From IMG/VR virus record IMGVR_UViG_3300044640_001495, positions 1 through 64,000 of that record: DNA of 64,000 nt; one strand, given 5' to 3'. The notes under the pieces are model-generated. The model worked only from the letters and a program-made list of their open reading frames with translations, was not told the DNA's origin and ran no database searches. Below are positions 44,134 to 52,783 of this stretch, in pieces. Every line of letters starts with the position of its first letter. Positions within the stretch are counted from its first letter, which is position 1. Both the position numbers and the translations under genes were made by a program.

Positions 44134-45785
44134 AACGAATAATTTTTTTATTGTTATTATTCTGCTCTAACGCATTTGGCGCCCTAACAGATATAAAGTT
44201 TGGACGATACCAAATTGCAGACAGCCAATGGAATGTCAGTGCCTGTTTGAATACAACAACCTGCCAAATTTACAGTAAGCAACCTGGTACTATGTACAAA
44301 ATACCATGGTTCAATGGAACTTGGAGTTGGCAGTCAGGACAGTATGTACAATTTGGGTTGACAGGGAATGCCAGCTATCCCTACGAAGGCAAAGTTTACA
44401 ACAGCAACGGCACACTAGCTGGTACTATAGGCACAGGTAAAATTGTCAACATGGGTCCAGATTATTTCTTCTTTGTAGGCAATGACAACAATACAGGACA
44501 GCTATTCAGTGGCAGCTCGGGTATGTCAACTACCAGCGGAGTATCGTGGACTGGCGCACTTAATCCGACTATACAACAGGCCGATACATACGCTAACGCC
44601 ACGTATTCTACAGTACCGTTAAGTTCAGGGCAGACTGCTACATCTACTCCTAGTAATGCGGCGCCGCCGCCACCTGCGCCTACCGCAATTTACAATAACA
44701 GTTCTGGTGTGTATGTTACCAGAGCAATACCAACTAGCAATAATAGTCCAAGCAATGAAGGTCCTACTAATGCGTTTGATAACAATCCCTATACCAAGTA
44801 CTTAAACTTCGATAAACAAAATGCTGGAGTTACTATCCAATTAAATGCTGGGCGAGTTGTTACTAGTTTTAAATTAACTACAGCTAATGATGCTGTAGAG
44901 CGAGATCCAACAAGTTATAAACTCTACGGATCAAATGACGGATCAACATGGACATTAATTCAACAAGGCGCACTATCTTTGTCCGATAATAGATTTAGTG
45001 TTAGTAGCGATATCGCAGTAACTAACTCTACGGCCTATGTTTATTATTTTATGATATTCCCTTCTATTAAAAACAATGCTGGTAATAGCGTACAAATTGC
45101 AGAGATTACCTATTTCTATGATGCTAATAGTACAACCACAAGTACAGCAACTAGCAATACTATTGTTGATCCAACAACCGCCGCCGCAAATACGTTATGT
45201 TGCGGTGGATCAGCAGCCGCATTTAATGCTAACACAACAAACACGGCTAAAGTTTTAACATTCGTTAATAGAACAACTGCCGATAGCCAAGTACACATAG
45301 AACAGATCGGCACACAAAACGTAGTTGAAGTAAATCAAAGCGGGACTAAAAATAATTATGTCGAATATTACGGCAATGGTCTAAGCAATGATATTAATAT
45401 CGCACAAACAGGAAATGCTACAACACAGGCAAATTATGTTGACTTGAGAGTTGTGGGTAATTTTAACTTAGTAGATCTACAACAGACCAGTACTGGTGGT
45501 ACTAAAGGAATATTTGCTGATGTCAGCGGCAATAACAATAGTTTGCTGGTACAACAAAAAGACGGCGGCAGTCACTATGCTGAAATCACACTAAGTGGCG
45601 GTAATAAGAATGTCGACGTACTGCAACAAGGCAGCGCCAGTCATATGGCCAAAGTTAATCTAAGCGGTACACCTACTGATCTAAGTCTAACACAAAGTGG
45701 CAGTACTCAAAACTACTATTCAATCACTCACAACTGCACCACTGTAGGCGGTTGTGCTAAAATTACTGTGACACAGGGACAATAA
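44130..45785 (+). CDS. exported protein with discoidin/F5-8-like domain and C-terminal curlin repeats
   Basis: EGPTNAFDNNPYTKYL...RDPTSYKLYGSNDGSTW discoidin-like segment; C-terminal IEQIGTQN, NQSGTKNN, AQTGNAT and LQQGSASH repeats. Confidence 0.72.
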   Translation: MKRIIFLLLLFCSNAFGALTDIKFGRYQIADSQWNVSACLNTTTCQIYSKQPGTMYKIPWFNGTWSWQSGQYVQFGLTGNASYPYEGKVYNSNGTLAGTIGTGKIVNMGPDYFFFVGNDNNTGQLFSGSSGMSTTSGVSWTGALNPTIQQADTYANATYSTVPLSSGQTATSTPSNAAPPPPAPTAIYNNSSGVYVTRAIPTSNNSPSNEGPTNAFDNNPYTKYLNFDKQNAGVTIQLNAGRVVTSFKLTTANDAVERDPTSYKLYGSNDGSTWTLIQQGALSLSDNRFSVSSDIAVTNSTAYVYYFMIFPSIKNNAGNSVQIAEITYFYDANSTTTSTATSNTIVDPTTAAANTLCCGGSAAAFNANTTNTAKVLTFVNRTTADSQVHIEQIGTQNVVEVNQSGTKNNYVEYYGNGLSNDINIAQTGNATTQANYVDLRVVGNFNLVDLQQTSTGGTKGIFADVSGNNNSLLVQQKDGGSHYAEITLSGGNKNVDVLQQGSASHMAKVNLSGTPTDLSLTQSGSTQNYYSITHNCTTVGGCAKITVTQGQ

Positions 45786-45802
45786 AACAGCATAAATATT
45801 TC

Positions 45803-47845
45803 ATGCTGAAAAAAATCCTAACTAGTCCTTGGACTGCCCTATTAACATTGGCACTTATTGTAAGTATAAGAATCGCCGATCCTGTCTTTGTAGAAAGTGT
45901 AAGACTACGCTACTTTGACACACTGATTACTAATAAAACTCCAACTGCCAATAACATCTATACGGTAAACATAGATGAAGCAGCATTGGACAAATATGGC
46001 CAGTGGCCTTTACCAAGGGCAGAGTATGCAAAAATTATTAAAGATCTTTATGATCGTGGTGCTGGCCTTGTTGTGCTCAATGTTATCATGGCTGAGCCTG
46101 ATCGCACTGGTGGCGATGCTGTTCTCGCAACGGCCCTAAAACAATATCCAGTTGTAATGGGCAGCGTACCATCACAAAAAACTAAGAACTCTCCTCGCAA
46201 TCCAGGTAGTGCTGTACTAGGTCCAGAGTGGCAGGATCAAATTGTACAATACCCGGGACTTATTGCCAATGTACCTCAGTTAGAAAATGCAGCAGCAGGC
46301 ATTGGTATCGTTAGTACACTGCCAGAAGTAGACGGTGTTAATCGACGACTGCCCCTAGTTGTATCCGTTGATGGTAAATTATATCCCAGTATGTCTATGG
46401 AAGCACTTAGAGTCGCAGCTGGTGATTCAACCTTCCAAGTCAAGCTCAATGAAAATGGTGTTGAGAAAATGCGCATACCCAAGTTTGGTCCTATTACAAC
46501 AGATGCGTTAGGTCGTGTATGGATCGATTGGAGTCAAGAAAACCAACAGGCGAGTCTTTTGGACTTGCCCAAAAACTTTAATGGTGCTATAGTTATAGTA
46601 GGTCCAACAGCCGCAGGCATTGCTAATCCTTTGCCTACAGCTAAAGGTGCAGTGTGGCCGCAGGATGTACAAGCGGCAGCAATGGCAACTATGATCAACG
46701 GAGTGGTAATTCAACGTCCCGACTATGCCGACGGAGTTGAAATCCTAGCATTACTAGTATTCGGCATATTGTTAATTTTCTTATCGAGGTGGACTTATGT
46801 TGGAATTGGTTCTGCTGTGGTTATTGTTGGTGCCGTCGTTCCTGGTACTATGTACGCTTTCAGTAATTGGCTCATCCTATCAGATGCGACTGCAATCACG
46901 TTTGGGCTTGTTATCGTTGCTCTTCATACTTATGGCGTTAAATTTGTAAGCGAGTTCTTACAGAAGCAGGCCATAAAGAAACAGTTTGCGGGTTATTGCT
47001 CTAAAGAAGTTGTAGAGCTACTACAAAAAGATCCAGACTTAATCAAGCGTGGTGTACGCAAAGATGTATCAGTTATGTTCAGTGACCTGCGTGGCTTTAC
47101 TCCTATTGGTGAACACTATGGTGATGATGTAGGCGGACTAGGCAAGTATATGAACGGCTACATGGATGCTATCAGTCGTCCTATCATGAACAACAACGGC
47201 ATGATATTAAAGTATGTAGGTGATGCGAGTATGCACATACATGGTGCTCCTATCGAAGACACCAATCATGCTAGAACTATTGTTGCTGTTGGCCTAGAGA
47301 TGCTGGATGCTGTTGACGAATACACAAAACTGATGGAAGCACAAGGATTACCACCTGCCGCAATGGGTTGGGGTTGCAATACTGGTATTGGCTTTATTGG
47401 CGAGATGGGATCAACTGACAGACACGGTTATGACATCTTAGGTGATATGGTGTCAACCGCGGCACGACTAGAAGCACGTTGTAAGGCCTATGGTGTACTA
47501 TGTATTATTGGTGCTGAAACATACAATCGTACCAAAGACGACTTCTTTTATCTAATGATAGATAACTTACAGCCTAAAGGAAAAACTGTGGCAGACTTGA
47601 TCTATACAGTATTACGTACTAAGGGTGCAGACTACACTAGAGATAAGATAGCACACGAAGTGATGCATGACTTGTACCGACAGAAAAAGTTTGACGAAGC
47701 TGCCGCTATGTGTGCAAAGCTAAAGGGCAACTTTGGTGGACAAATGGACAAGTACTACAAAATCTGGATCGAGCGTTGCGACTTTATGAAACTGCAAGAT
47801 CTAGGCGACAACTGGAACGGCGAGTTTGTTGCTCACGAGAAGTAA
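45803..47845 (+). CDS. CHASE2 sensor plus class III adenylate/guanylate cyclase
   Basis: VNIDEAALDKYGQWP.PR and EVDGVNRRLPL CHASE2 motifs; three TM helices; VMFSDLRGFT, LKYVGD and GDMVSTAARLE. Confidence 0.92.
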   Translation: MLKKILTSPWTALLTLALIVSIRIADPVFVESVRLRYFDTLITNKTPTANNIYTVNIDEAALDKYGQWPLPRAEYAKIIKDLYDRGAGLVVLNVIMAEPDRTGGDAVLATALKQYPVVMGSVPSQKTKNSPRNPGSAVLGPEWQDQIVQYPGLIANVPQLENAAAGIGIVSTLPEVDGVNRRLPLVVSVDGKLYPSMSMEALRVAAGDSTFQVKLNENGVEKMRIPKFGPITTDALGRVWIDWSQENQQASLLDLPKNFNGAIVIVGPTAAGIANPLPTAKGAVWPQDVQAAAMATMINGVVIQRPDYADGVEILALLVFGILLIFLSRWTYVGIGSAVVIVGAVVPGTMYAFSNWLILSDATAITFGLVIVALHTYGVKFVSEFLQKQAIKKQFAGYCSKEVVELLQKDPDLIKRGVRKDVSVMFSDLRGFTPIGEHYGDDVGGLGKYMNGYMDAISRPIMNNNGMILKYVGDASMHIHGAPIEDTNHARTIVAVGLEMLDAVDEYTKLMEAQGLPPAAMGWGCNTGIGFIGEMGSTDRHGYDILGDMVSTAARLEARCKAYGVLCIIGAETYNRTKDDFFYLMIDNLQPKGKTVADLIYTVLRTKGADYTRDKIAHEVMHDLYRQKKFDEAAAMCAKLKGNFGGQMDKYYKIWIERCDFMKLQDLGDNWNGEFVAHEK

Positions 47846-47847
47846 TC

Positions 47848-48330
47848 TTATCTAACTATCATAGCAAAAGTAAACATCACCGTAGGGACCGCTATTGCCA
47901 TAAAACTTGTACCTATAAGTACTCTGTCTATCATGTCAGACTGTGCTTGTATTTTGGCATTTTTTATGTCTGCTTCTAGTTTAGCACGTTCTTTATACAT
48001 ACGCACACGCTCGGCCATCATCTCGTCCCAAACATCTTTGTTACCTGACCATATCAACATTTCTTTCAATTCTTTTTCAGTGTCACGCAAGGCCTTGCTC
48101 TGCATGGCAATCTGAACTGACATGGCTCTAATCTGACCGTCTGTGAGAATCTTTTTGCTAGTTTGTGCCTCTACATTAGCACTGTGAATCTTATCGCTGT
48201 TTTCAAAGAACTTGGCAAACTGTCCATAGAGACTGTTGACATCTTTGCCCAGAGCAATGGCCTTTTTAATATAGCTCACTGACTGTTGTGCGGCCGTGAA
48301 GGCAATACCAAGTGTGATAGGATCAATCAT
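47848..48330 (-). CDS. hypothetical protein with C-terminal TM helix
   Basis: MIDPIT..IAF..A....IKKAI..GKDV N-terminus, coiled coil, hydrophobic C-terminus. Confidence 0.65.
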   Translation of the reverse strand: MIDPITLGIAFTAAQQSVSYIKKAIALGKDVNSLYGQFAKFFENSDKIHSANVEAQTSKKILTDGQIRAMSVQIAMQSKALRDTEKELKEMLIWSGNKDVWDEMMAERVRMYKERAKLEADIKNAKIQAQSDMIDRVLIGTSFMAIAVPTVMFTFAMIVR

Positions 48331-48485
48331 GTTTTCTTGGGTGCCTTATCTTTAGGTGGAGGTTTAGACCATTCCAGGCATACCACTTTGCGATTGTATA
48401 CATCGCCAGTCCATGTCCATTTGACACACCGAGGCTCGTTTGATAACATGCCTGCTAGTAATAGCGAGGCAATTGCATTTACCAT
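48327..48485 (-). CDS. small exported Cys/Trp protein (52 aa; not in ORF track)
   Basis: GGAG RBS; MVNAIASLLLAGMLSNEPRCVKWTWTGDVYNRKVVCLEW...; ATGA overlap. Confidence 0.6.
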   Translation of the reverse strand: MVNAIASLLLAGMLSNEPRCVKWTWTGDVYNRKVVCLEWSKPPPKDKAPKKT

Positions 48486-48503
48486 AATCGCTCCTCCTAC
48501 AAA

Positions 48504-48836
48504 TTAACTTTCGCCTGCTGCGGCTGACTTATCGTCCTCAGATTTCTTTTTAGATTGTGTAATCTTGTTAATTTCTGTTTCTGCTTCTACACGTTCAAAC
48601 TCAATTGTCTTGCCTCGTAGGTGTAATACTGTATTGACCTTTTGATTTAGTCGAATCAAATCGTTGTCCAACATACGTATACGATCGATTAGGGCGATAA
48701 GAACGGTGTTAGCTTCGCTGATAACGGGCTTGACTTCTTTCGTGGCCCATTCCCAAACATACTTGATGATAAAGCCCATTCCCACTGCCATGACAATTGG
48801 AAAACCATATTTGTTTACAAGTTCAACTATATCCAT
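48504..48836 (-). CDS. N-terminal TM plus coiled-coil protein (YvrJ/holin-like)
   Basis: KYGFPIVMAVGMGFII, then LIALIDRIRMLDNDLIRL. Confidence 0.65.
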   Translation of the reverse strand: MDIVELVNKYGFPIVMAVGMGFIIKYVWEWATKEVKPVISEANTVLIALIDRIRMLDNDLIRLNQKVNTVLHLRGKTIEFERVEAETEINKITQSKKKSEDDKSAAAGES

Positions 48837-48977
48837 TTATTTTACCTCCTTCCAGATTCCCCAAGGGTCCCAGATTTTCTTTTCTTTTTCTGCGGGCTCG
48901 TAATAATACCAAACTGCTACTGATGCTAGAACTAAAACCTCTAGCATCCAAAACACTAGAAATGCTTCAAACAACAT
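48837..48977 (-). CDS. small single-TM protein (46 aa; not in ORF track)
   Basis: AGGAG RBS; MLFEAFLVFWMLEVLVLASVAVWYYY... Confidence 0.55.
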   Translation of the reverse strand: MLFEAFLVFWMLEVLVLASVAVWYYYEPAEKEKKIWDPWGIWKEVK

Positions 48978-48997
48978 AGTTCGCTCCTATTTGTTGA

Positions 48998-49144
48998 TTA
49001 AACTGTTAACCCAAATATCAATCCTATTACGAATCCTACTAGTCCTGCCTTAACAAGATCAATATCATGCCACAACGGTTGATTTTTTAAATATTCTCTA
49101 GTATGTTCAGGCAAACTGTCATACCAGTTAGTCCACTTGTCCAT
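48998..49144 (-). CDS. small C-terminal TM protein (48 aa; not in ORF track)
   Basis: MDKWTNWYDSLPEHTREYLKNQPLWHD...GFVIGLIFG. Confidence 0.55.
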   Translation of the reverse strand: MDKWTNWYDSLPEHTREYLKNQPLWHDIDLVKAGLVGFVIGLIFGLTV

Positions 49145-49322
49145 TTTCACCGTCCTTTAAAAATTTTACCAACGGGTCTACTTTTTTAAGATAGCATCTT
49201 CCGTCAATGTTAACTAGCTGGAAATAGTCTCCGCCTTTCCATCCTAGCTTATCTACGTTAAGTTCGTTATCCAATATTATTCCATTTGGACTTAGATCCC
49301 ACGAATAGTCAAAATGCAACAT
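49128..49322 (-). CDS. small hypothetical protein (64 aa)
   Basis: MLHFDYSWDL...; start moved to the ATG at 49322. Confidence 0.55.
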   Translation of the reverse strand: MLHFDYSWDLSPNGIILDNELNVDKLGWKGGDYFQLVNIDGRCYLKKVDPLVKFLKDGENGQVD

Positions 49323-49552
49323 CAATCTCTCCTCGCCCACTCTGCTGGCCATTTTGGGTTTGTAGCCTTTTGCTCGCGCACCATTCGAAACCATTCTTTC
49401 CTTACTGCTAGATCATGTTTCATACGATCTAATTTAGAGTCTGAATTATCGCTATAAAATATATAATAGAATGCTATGCCAAATCCAAAACTTAATAAAA
49501 AATATGCGATCAGTTTTAGATCTAGAACGAAATTAATCTCTACGAGCATCAT
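49322..49552 (-). CDS. small membrane protein
   Basis: One hydrophobic helix; start uncertain. Confidence 0.5.
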   Translation of the reverse strand: MMLVEINFVLDLKLIAYFLLSFGFGIAFYYIFYSDNSDSKLDRMKHDLAVRKEWFRMVREQKATNPKWPAEWARRD

Positions 49553-49814
49553 TCTTTCCATCGGCTCGGGCAATACGATCTGCATCAGGCCGTAGACCTA
49601 GTGCATTGGATACAATAGTATCAATACGTATTACATCGTGATTCATGGTTTTGACACGATTGTCTAGAGCAATAATAATGCCCTTCATGCCGTTGATAGA
49701 GCCAAGTACGCCCTGTAGCAATAGCTTAATGGTTAAGTATACAAAATACCCACCTGCTAGTGCAGCGGCTACTGGCATGCCCAGATCGCCTATAATCTTG
49801 AAAATGTCGCCCAT
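49533..49814 (-). CDS. N-terminal TM plus coiled-coil protein (paralog of 48504..48836)
   Basis: DLGMPVAAALAGGYFVY, then IIALDNRVKTMNHDVIRI. Confidence 0.65.
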   Translation of the reverse strand: MGDIFKIIGDLGMPVAAALAGGYFVYLTIKLLLQGVLGSINGMKGIIIALDNRVKTMNHDVIRIDTIVSNALGLRPDADRIARADGKNDARRD

Positions 49815-49848
49815 CGGTTCGCTCCCGGTTATATGAGTATTTAACCGA

Positions 49849-49877
49849 TTGACAGGGTTTTAAACTGATGCTATAAT
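49849..49877 (+). promoter_or_regulatory. sigma70-type promoter
   Basis: TTGACA-N17-TATAAT. Confidence 0.88.
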
Positions 49878-49901
49878 ATATGTACATTATCGGAAAATAC
49901 C

Positions 49902-50753
49902 ATGAAAATTAAATTGGTTTCAGACCTGCACTTAGAGTTCTCGGACATTATGATCCCTAACGATGCTGATTACGATCTACTAATTTTGAGCGGCGATATT
50001 ATGGTTGCCCAAGATCTCCACGACCATCAGGACGAAAATGTTAGAACTGCGGCCATGCTTGAAATGTTAGGCAGCAGACAGCTTAAGGCTCAGCGATTCC
50101 GTGATTTCTTAAAGCGTTGTAGTTTTCAATTTCCGCATGTGATTTATGTTGCAGGTAATCACGAGTTCTACCACGGTAAATTCTTTGCCAGCATTGATCA
50201 TCTGCGTGAAGAATGTGCCAAGTATCCCAATATCTATTTCTTGGAAAATGACACCAAGGTAATCAACGACATTGTGTTTATGGGTGCAACACTTTGGACT
50301 GACTGCAACAAGCATGACCCATTTACACTTCATGCGCTTGCGGACATGATGAACGATTTTAGAATTATTCGACATGATCAATCCGGCTACCGAGCTCTCA
50401 AGCCTGCTGACATTGCAGATCGTCATCGCAAAACACTGCAATATTTTAAGACTGTAATGGACGGCTATCCTCAAGAGCAAAAGTTTGTTGTGGTAGGACA
50501 TCACACTCCTAGCCATATGAGTTGTCATCCGCAGTATGCACATGACTACATCATGAACGGTGGCTATCACAGCGACCTAAGTGATTTTATTCTTGATCAT
50601 CCACAGATTAAACTTTGGACTCACGGACATACTCATCATCCGTTTGATTATGTGTTAGGCAGTACTCGTGTAGTTTGTAATCCTAGGGGGTACGAAAGCG
50701 ATGGCTATACTGAAGATACTGGCTGGAATCCCAACATTGTATTGGAAGTTTAA
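49902..50753 (+). CDS. calcineurin-like metallophosphoesterase
   Basis: SDLHLE, LSGD, AGNHE, VVVGHH and HGHTH motifs. Confidence 0.88.
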   Translation: MKIKLVSDLHLEFSDIMIPNDADYDLLILSGDIMVAQDLHDHQDENVRTAAMLEMLGSRQLKAQRFRDFLKRCSFQFPHVIYVAGNHEFYHGKFFASIDHLREECAKYPNIYFLENDTKVINDIVFMGATLWTDCNKHDPFTLHALADMMNDFRIIRHDQSGYRALKPADIADRHRKTLQYFKTVMDGYPQEQKFVVVGHHTPSHMSCHPQYAHDYIMNGGYHSDLSDFILDHPQIKLWTHGHTHHPFDYVLGSTRVVCNPRGYESDGYTEDTGWNPNIVLEV

Positions 50754-51031
50754 TGTACGCCTATTCAGAAGAATGGAAGAAGTTTAAGCCACCTGATGAT
50801 GTTCTGGAACAATGTCATCAGGTGCTTATCACAGACGTTGATTGCGAGCAAGCAGGAGAGCCTTTCTGGAAAATCAAAAAATGGTGTCTAGCACATTGTA
50901 AAAGTTATGTTTGGTTTGACGTCACTGATGTCAGCGATGTAGGTTATCAGTGGGATGAAATTGCTGCCTACTGGTTCCATGACGAAAAGGATGCAGTAAT
51001 GTTTACACTAAAATACAAGAGCGGAAAATGA
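50753..51031 (+). CDS. short paralog-family protein
   Basis: C-terminal WFHDEKDAVMFTLKY. Confidence 0.65.
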   Translation: MYAYSEEWKKFKPPDDVLEQCHQVLITDVDCEQAGEPFWKIKKWCLAHCKSYVWFDVTDVSDVGYQWDEIAAYWFHDEKDAVMFTLKYKSGK

Positions 51032-51210
51032 ACACTAGACTTAAAGAACTTAAACAATGTGCAGGTATAGATTTTAATCCTGATCAAGAAGGGTTAGATC
51101 TGTTTGCGCAACTGATCATAGAACGGTGTGTAGAATCCTTTCACCAGACTCGAATGGCTGAAACTACACTGGAACAACATTTTAGACGTGCAATAGGATT
51201 AGAAGAATGA
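51028..51210 (+). CDS. hypothetical protein
   Basis: 60 aa, ATGA overlaps. Confidence 0.55.
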   Translation: MNTRLKELKQCAGIDFNPDQEGLDLFAQLIIERCVESFHQTRMAETTLEQHFRRAIGLEE

Positions 51211-51443
51211 GTGGTACACCTGCAGACAAAAGCCCGGGCATAACAGGCTTTATTGAAATCTTTGAAGGCCGTCTTCAGAAAATGAAGCTACACCTTAAAG
51301 AAGAATTGGGCAAGGCCAAACACGATAGGGATCGTAAGAGTATACGCAGGATTATTGCTGATTCTCGTAAACTAAACAAGACACTAAAAGAAATGCGTAA
51401 TGCTACAACCAAACTATGTCCACATTGCGGAGAGAAACTATGA
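51207..51443 (+). CDS. coiled-coil protein with C-terminal zinc-ribbon half-site
   Basis: LCPHCGEKL. Confidence 0.6.
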   Translation: MSGTPADKSPGITGFIEIFEGRLQKMKLHLKEELGKAKHDRDRKSIRRIIADSRKLNKTLKEMRNATTKLCPHCGEKL

Positions 51444-51760
51444 CACACGAACAACTGATTAAAACTCTCAGGGGTATTCAATTTATTGTTATCAATACCT
51501 GCTATGGTGGATTTGGACTCAGCGGCCGTGCTGAAAAAGAATACAAACAGATGGCAGGTATAACTGATCCAAAATGGTACGGACGAGAGATTCCTAGAGA
51601 CGATCCTTATCTTGTAAAGATTGTGAGAGACCTAGGCATGGCAGCAAACGGAGACCACGCCAATCTAAAAATTGTTGAGGTACCTGGTGATGTTGAATGG
51701 GAAATTGCGGAATATGACGGCAACGAATGGGTGGCTGAAAAACACAGGACCTGGTCGTGA
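51440..51760 (+). CDS. conserved phage hypothetical protein
   Basis: IVIN.CYGGFGLS...RDDP.LVKIV..LG..ANG...L.IVE.P....W.I.EYDG.EW. Confidence 0.7.
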   Translation: MTHEQLIKTLRGIQFIVINTCYGGFGLSGRAEKEYKQMAGITDPKWYGREIPRDDPYLVKIVRDLGMAANGDHANLKIVEVPGDVEWEIAEYDGNEWVAEKHRTWS

Positions 51761-52026
51761 AAGTCAGTGTGCATCATTGGAGGTTTGAAGATGGTAAAAC
51801 TTCCCCTAATGCCGGGCATCCTATTAAAGAATTGATTTTAGATCCTCCTCCTCGCGGTTGGTACTGTTGGGTATATCCCGAGGATGATCGAGCATTTGAA
51901 GAATGGATGAAGAGAGTCTGTCCGACTGCGGATATGTGTCATCGTTTTAACAGCGGCGATCCTATGTGGACCATCTACATTAAAGAAGACGTTGAGGCAA
52001 CTGTATTCCAGTTGATGTGGATGTGA
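51757..52026 (+). CDS. short paralog-family protein
   Basis: C-terminal IKEDVEATVFQLMW. Confidence 0.6.
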   Translation: MKVSVHHWRFEDGKTSPNAGHPIKELILDPPPRGWYCWVYPEDDRAFEEWMKRVCPTADMCHRFNSGDPMWTIYIKEDVEATVFQLMWM

Positions 52027-52247
52027 TTTCAAAAGAACGCTACAAGGAATTTGAACAGCATTGGATTATGGAATTCATGCGTAATCCTCACTATCGACTT
52101 GGGCAGGCGTTCTTGAATTATTTTCCAGAGATTGGTAAAATCTATCTCAATGATGGAGATCGCGGGCACAACGAAGAATACCGTCTTTGGAATACTCGAG
52201 ACCTAAAAGAAGCTAACACCATTATACAAAAGTGGTTAAATGAGTAA
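52017..52247 (+). CDS. hypothetical protein
   Basis: YRLGQAF.NYF motif. Confidence 0.6.
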   Translation: MDVISKERYKEFEQHWIMEFMRNPHYRLGQAFLNYFPEIGKIYLNDGDRGHNEEYRLWNTRDLKEANTIIQKWLNE

Positions 52248-52551
52248 GCCAATTGTGATGACTCCTGGTCAATGGACCAGTGTGCTCGAGCGTATTAAAC
52301 AACGTGAAAAGCCCTCTGTGTATCTTTCACGAACAAAGATGAAAGATGTCTTAGGTTTCACACTACGTGATCATAGAGAATACGTAAAGGATACGGAATA
52401 TGTTAGACCTCCAGAGGGCGGTGAATGGTGGCCGGTAGTAGAGTTAGGATGGTATGAAGGCAAAAAATCACAGCATACTGTTCGATTGGATTTTTATGAT
52501 GATCAAAAACGCACAATGTTCCTGTTAAAATATGGTAATGGCCAAGACTAG
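52240..52551 (+). CDS. short paralog-family protein
   Basis: C-terminal LDFYDDQKRTMFLLKY. Confidence 0.62.
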   Translation: MSKPIVMTPGQWTSVLERIKQREKPSVYLSRTKMKDVLGFTLRDHREYVKDTEYVRPPEGGEWWPVVELGWYEGKKSQHTVRLDFYDDQKRTMFLLKYGNGQD

Positions 52552-52783
52552 AGTAGGTACAATTAATGAAGTTCTCAGCACTAGGGCTAGAGCTGTGTTT
52601 CCCTATAGAGTAAACTTCAATCAGATAACTGTTGCCCAGGTTGAAGAAATGGCTGTGTGGTGTATAAACAACTGTAAAGAACTATGGCGTGAAGAGCACT
52701 ATCATGCCTTGTACTTTCAGTTTACAGATGAACGTGATGCCATGATGTTCATGCTGAAATTTGGGGGCAGAGGCAATGTCTAA
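52538..52783 (+). CDS. short paralog-family protein
   Basis: C-terminal FQFTDERDAMMFMLKF. Confidence 0.62.
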   Translation: MAKTRVGTINEVLSTRARAVFPYRVNFNQITVAQVEEMAVWCINNCKELWREEHYHALYFQFTDERDAMMFMLKFGGRGNV

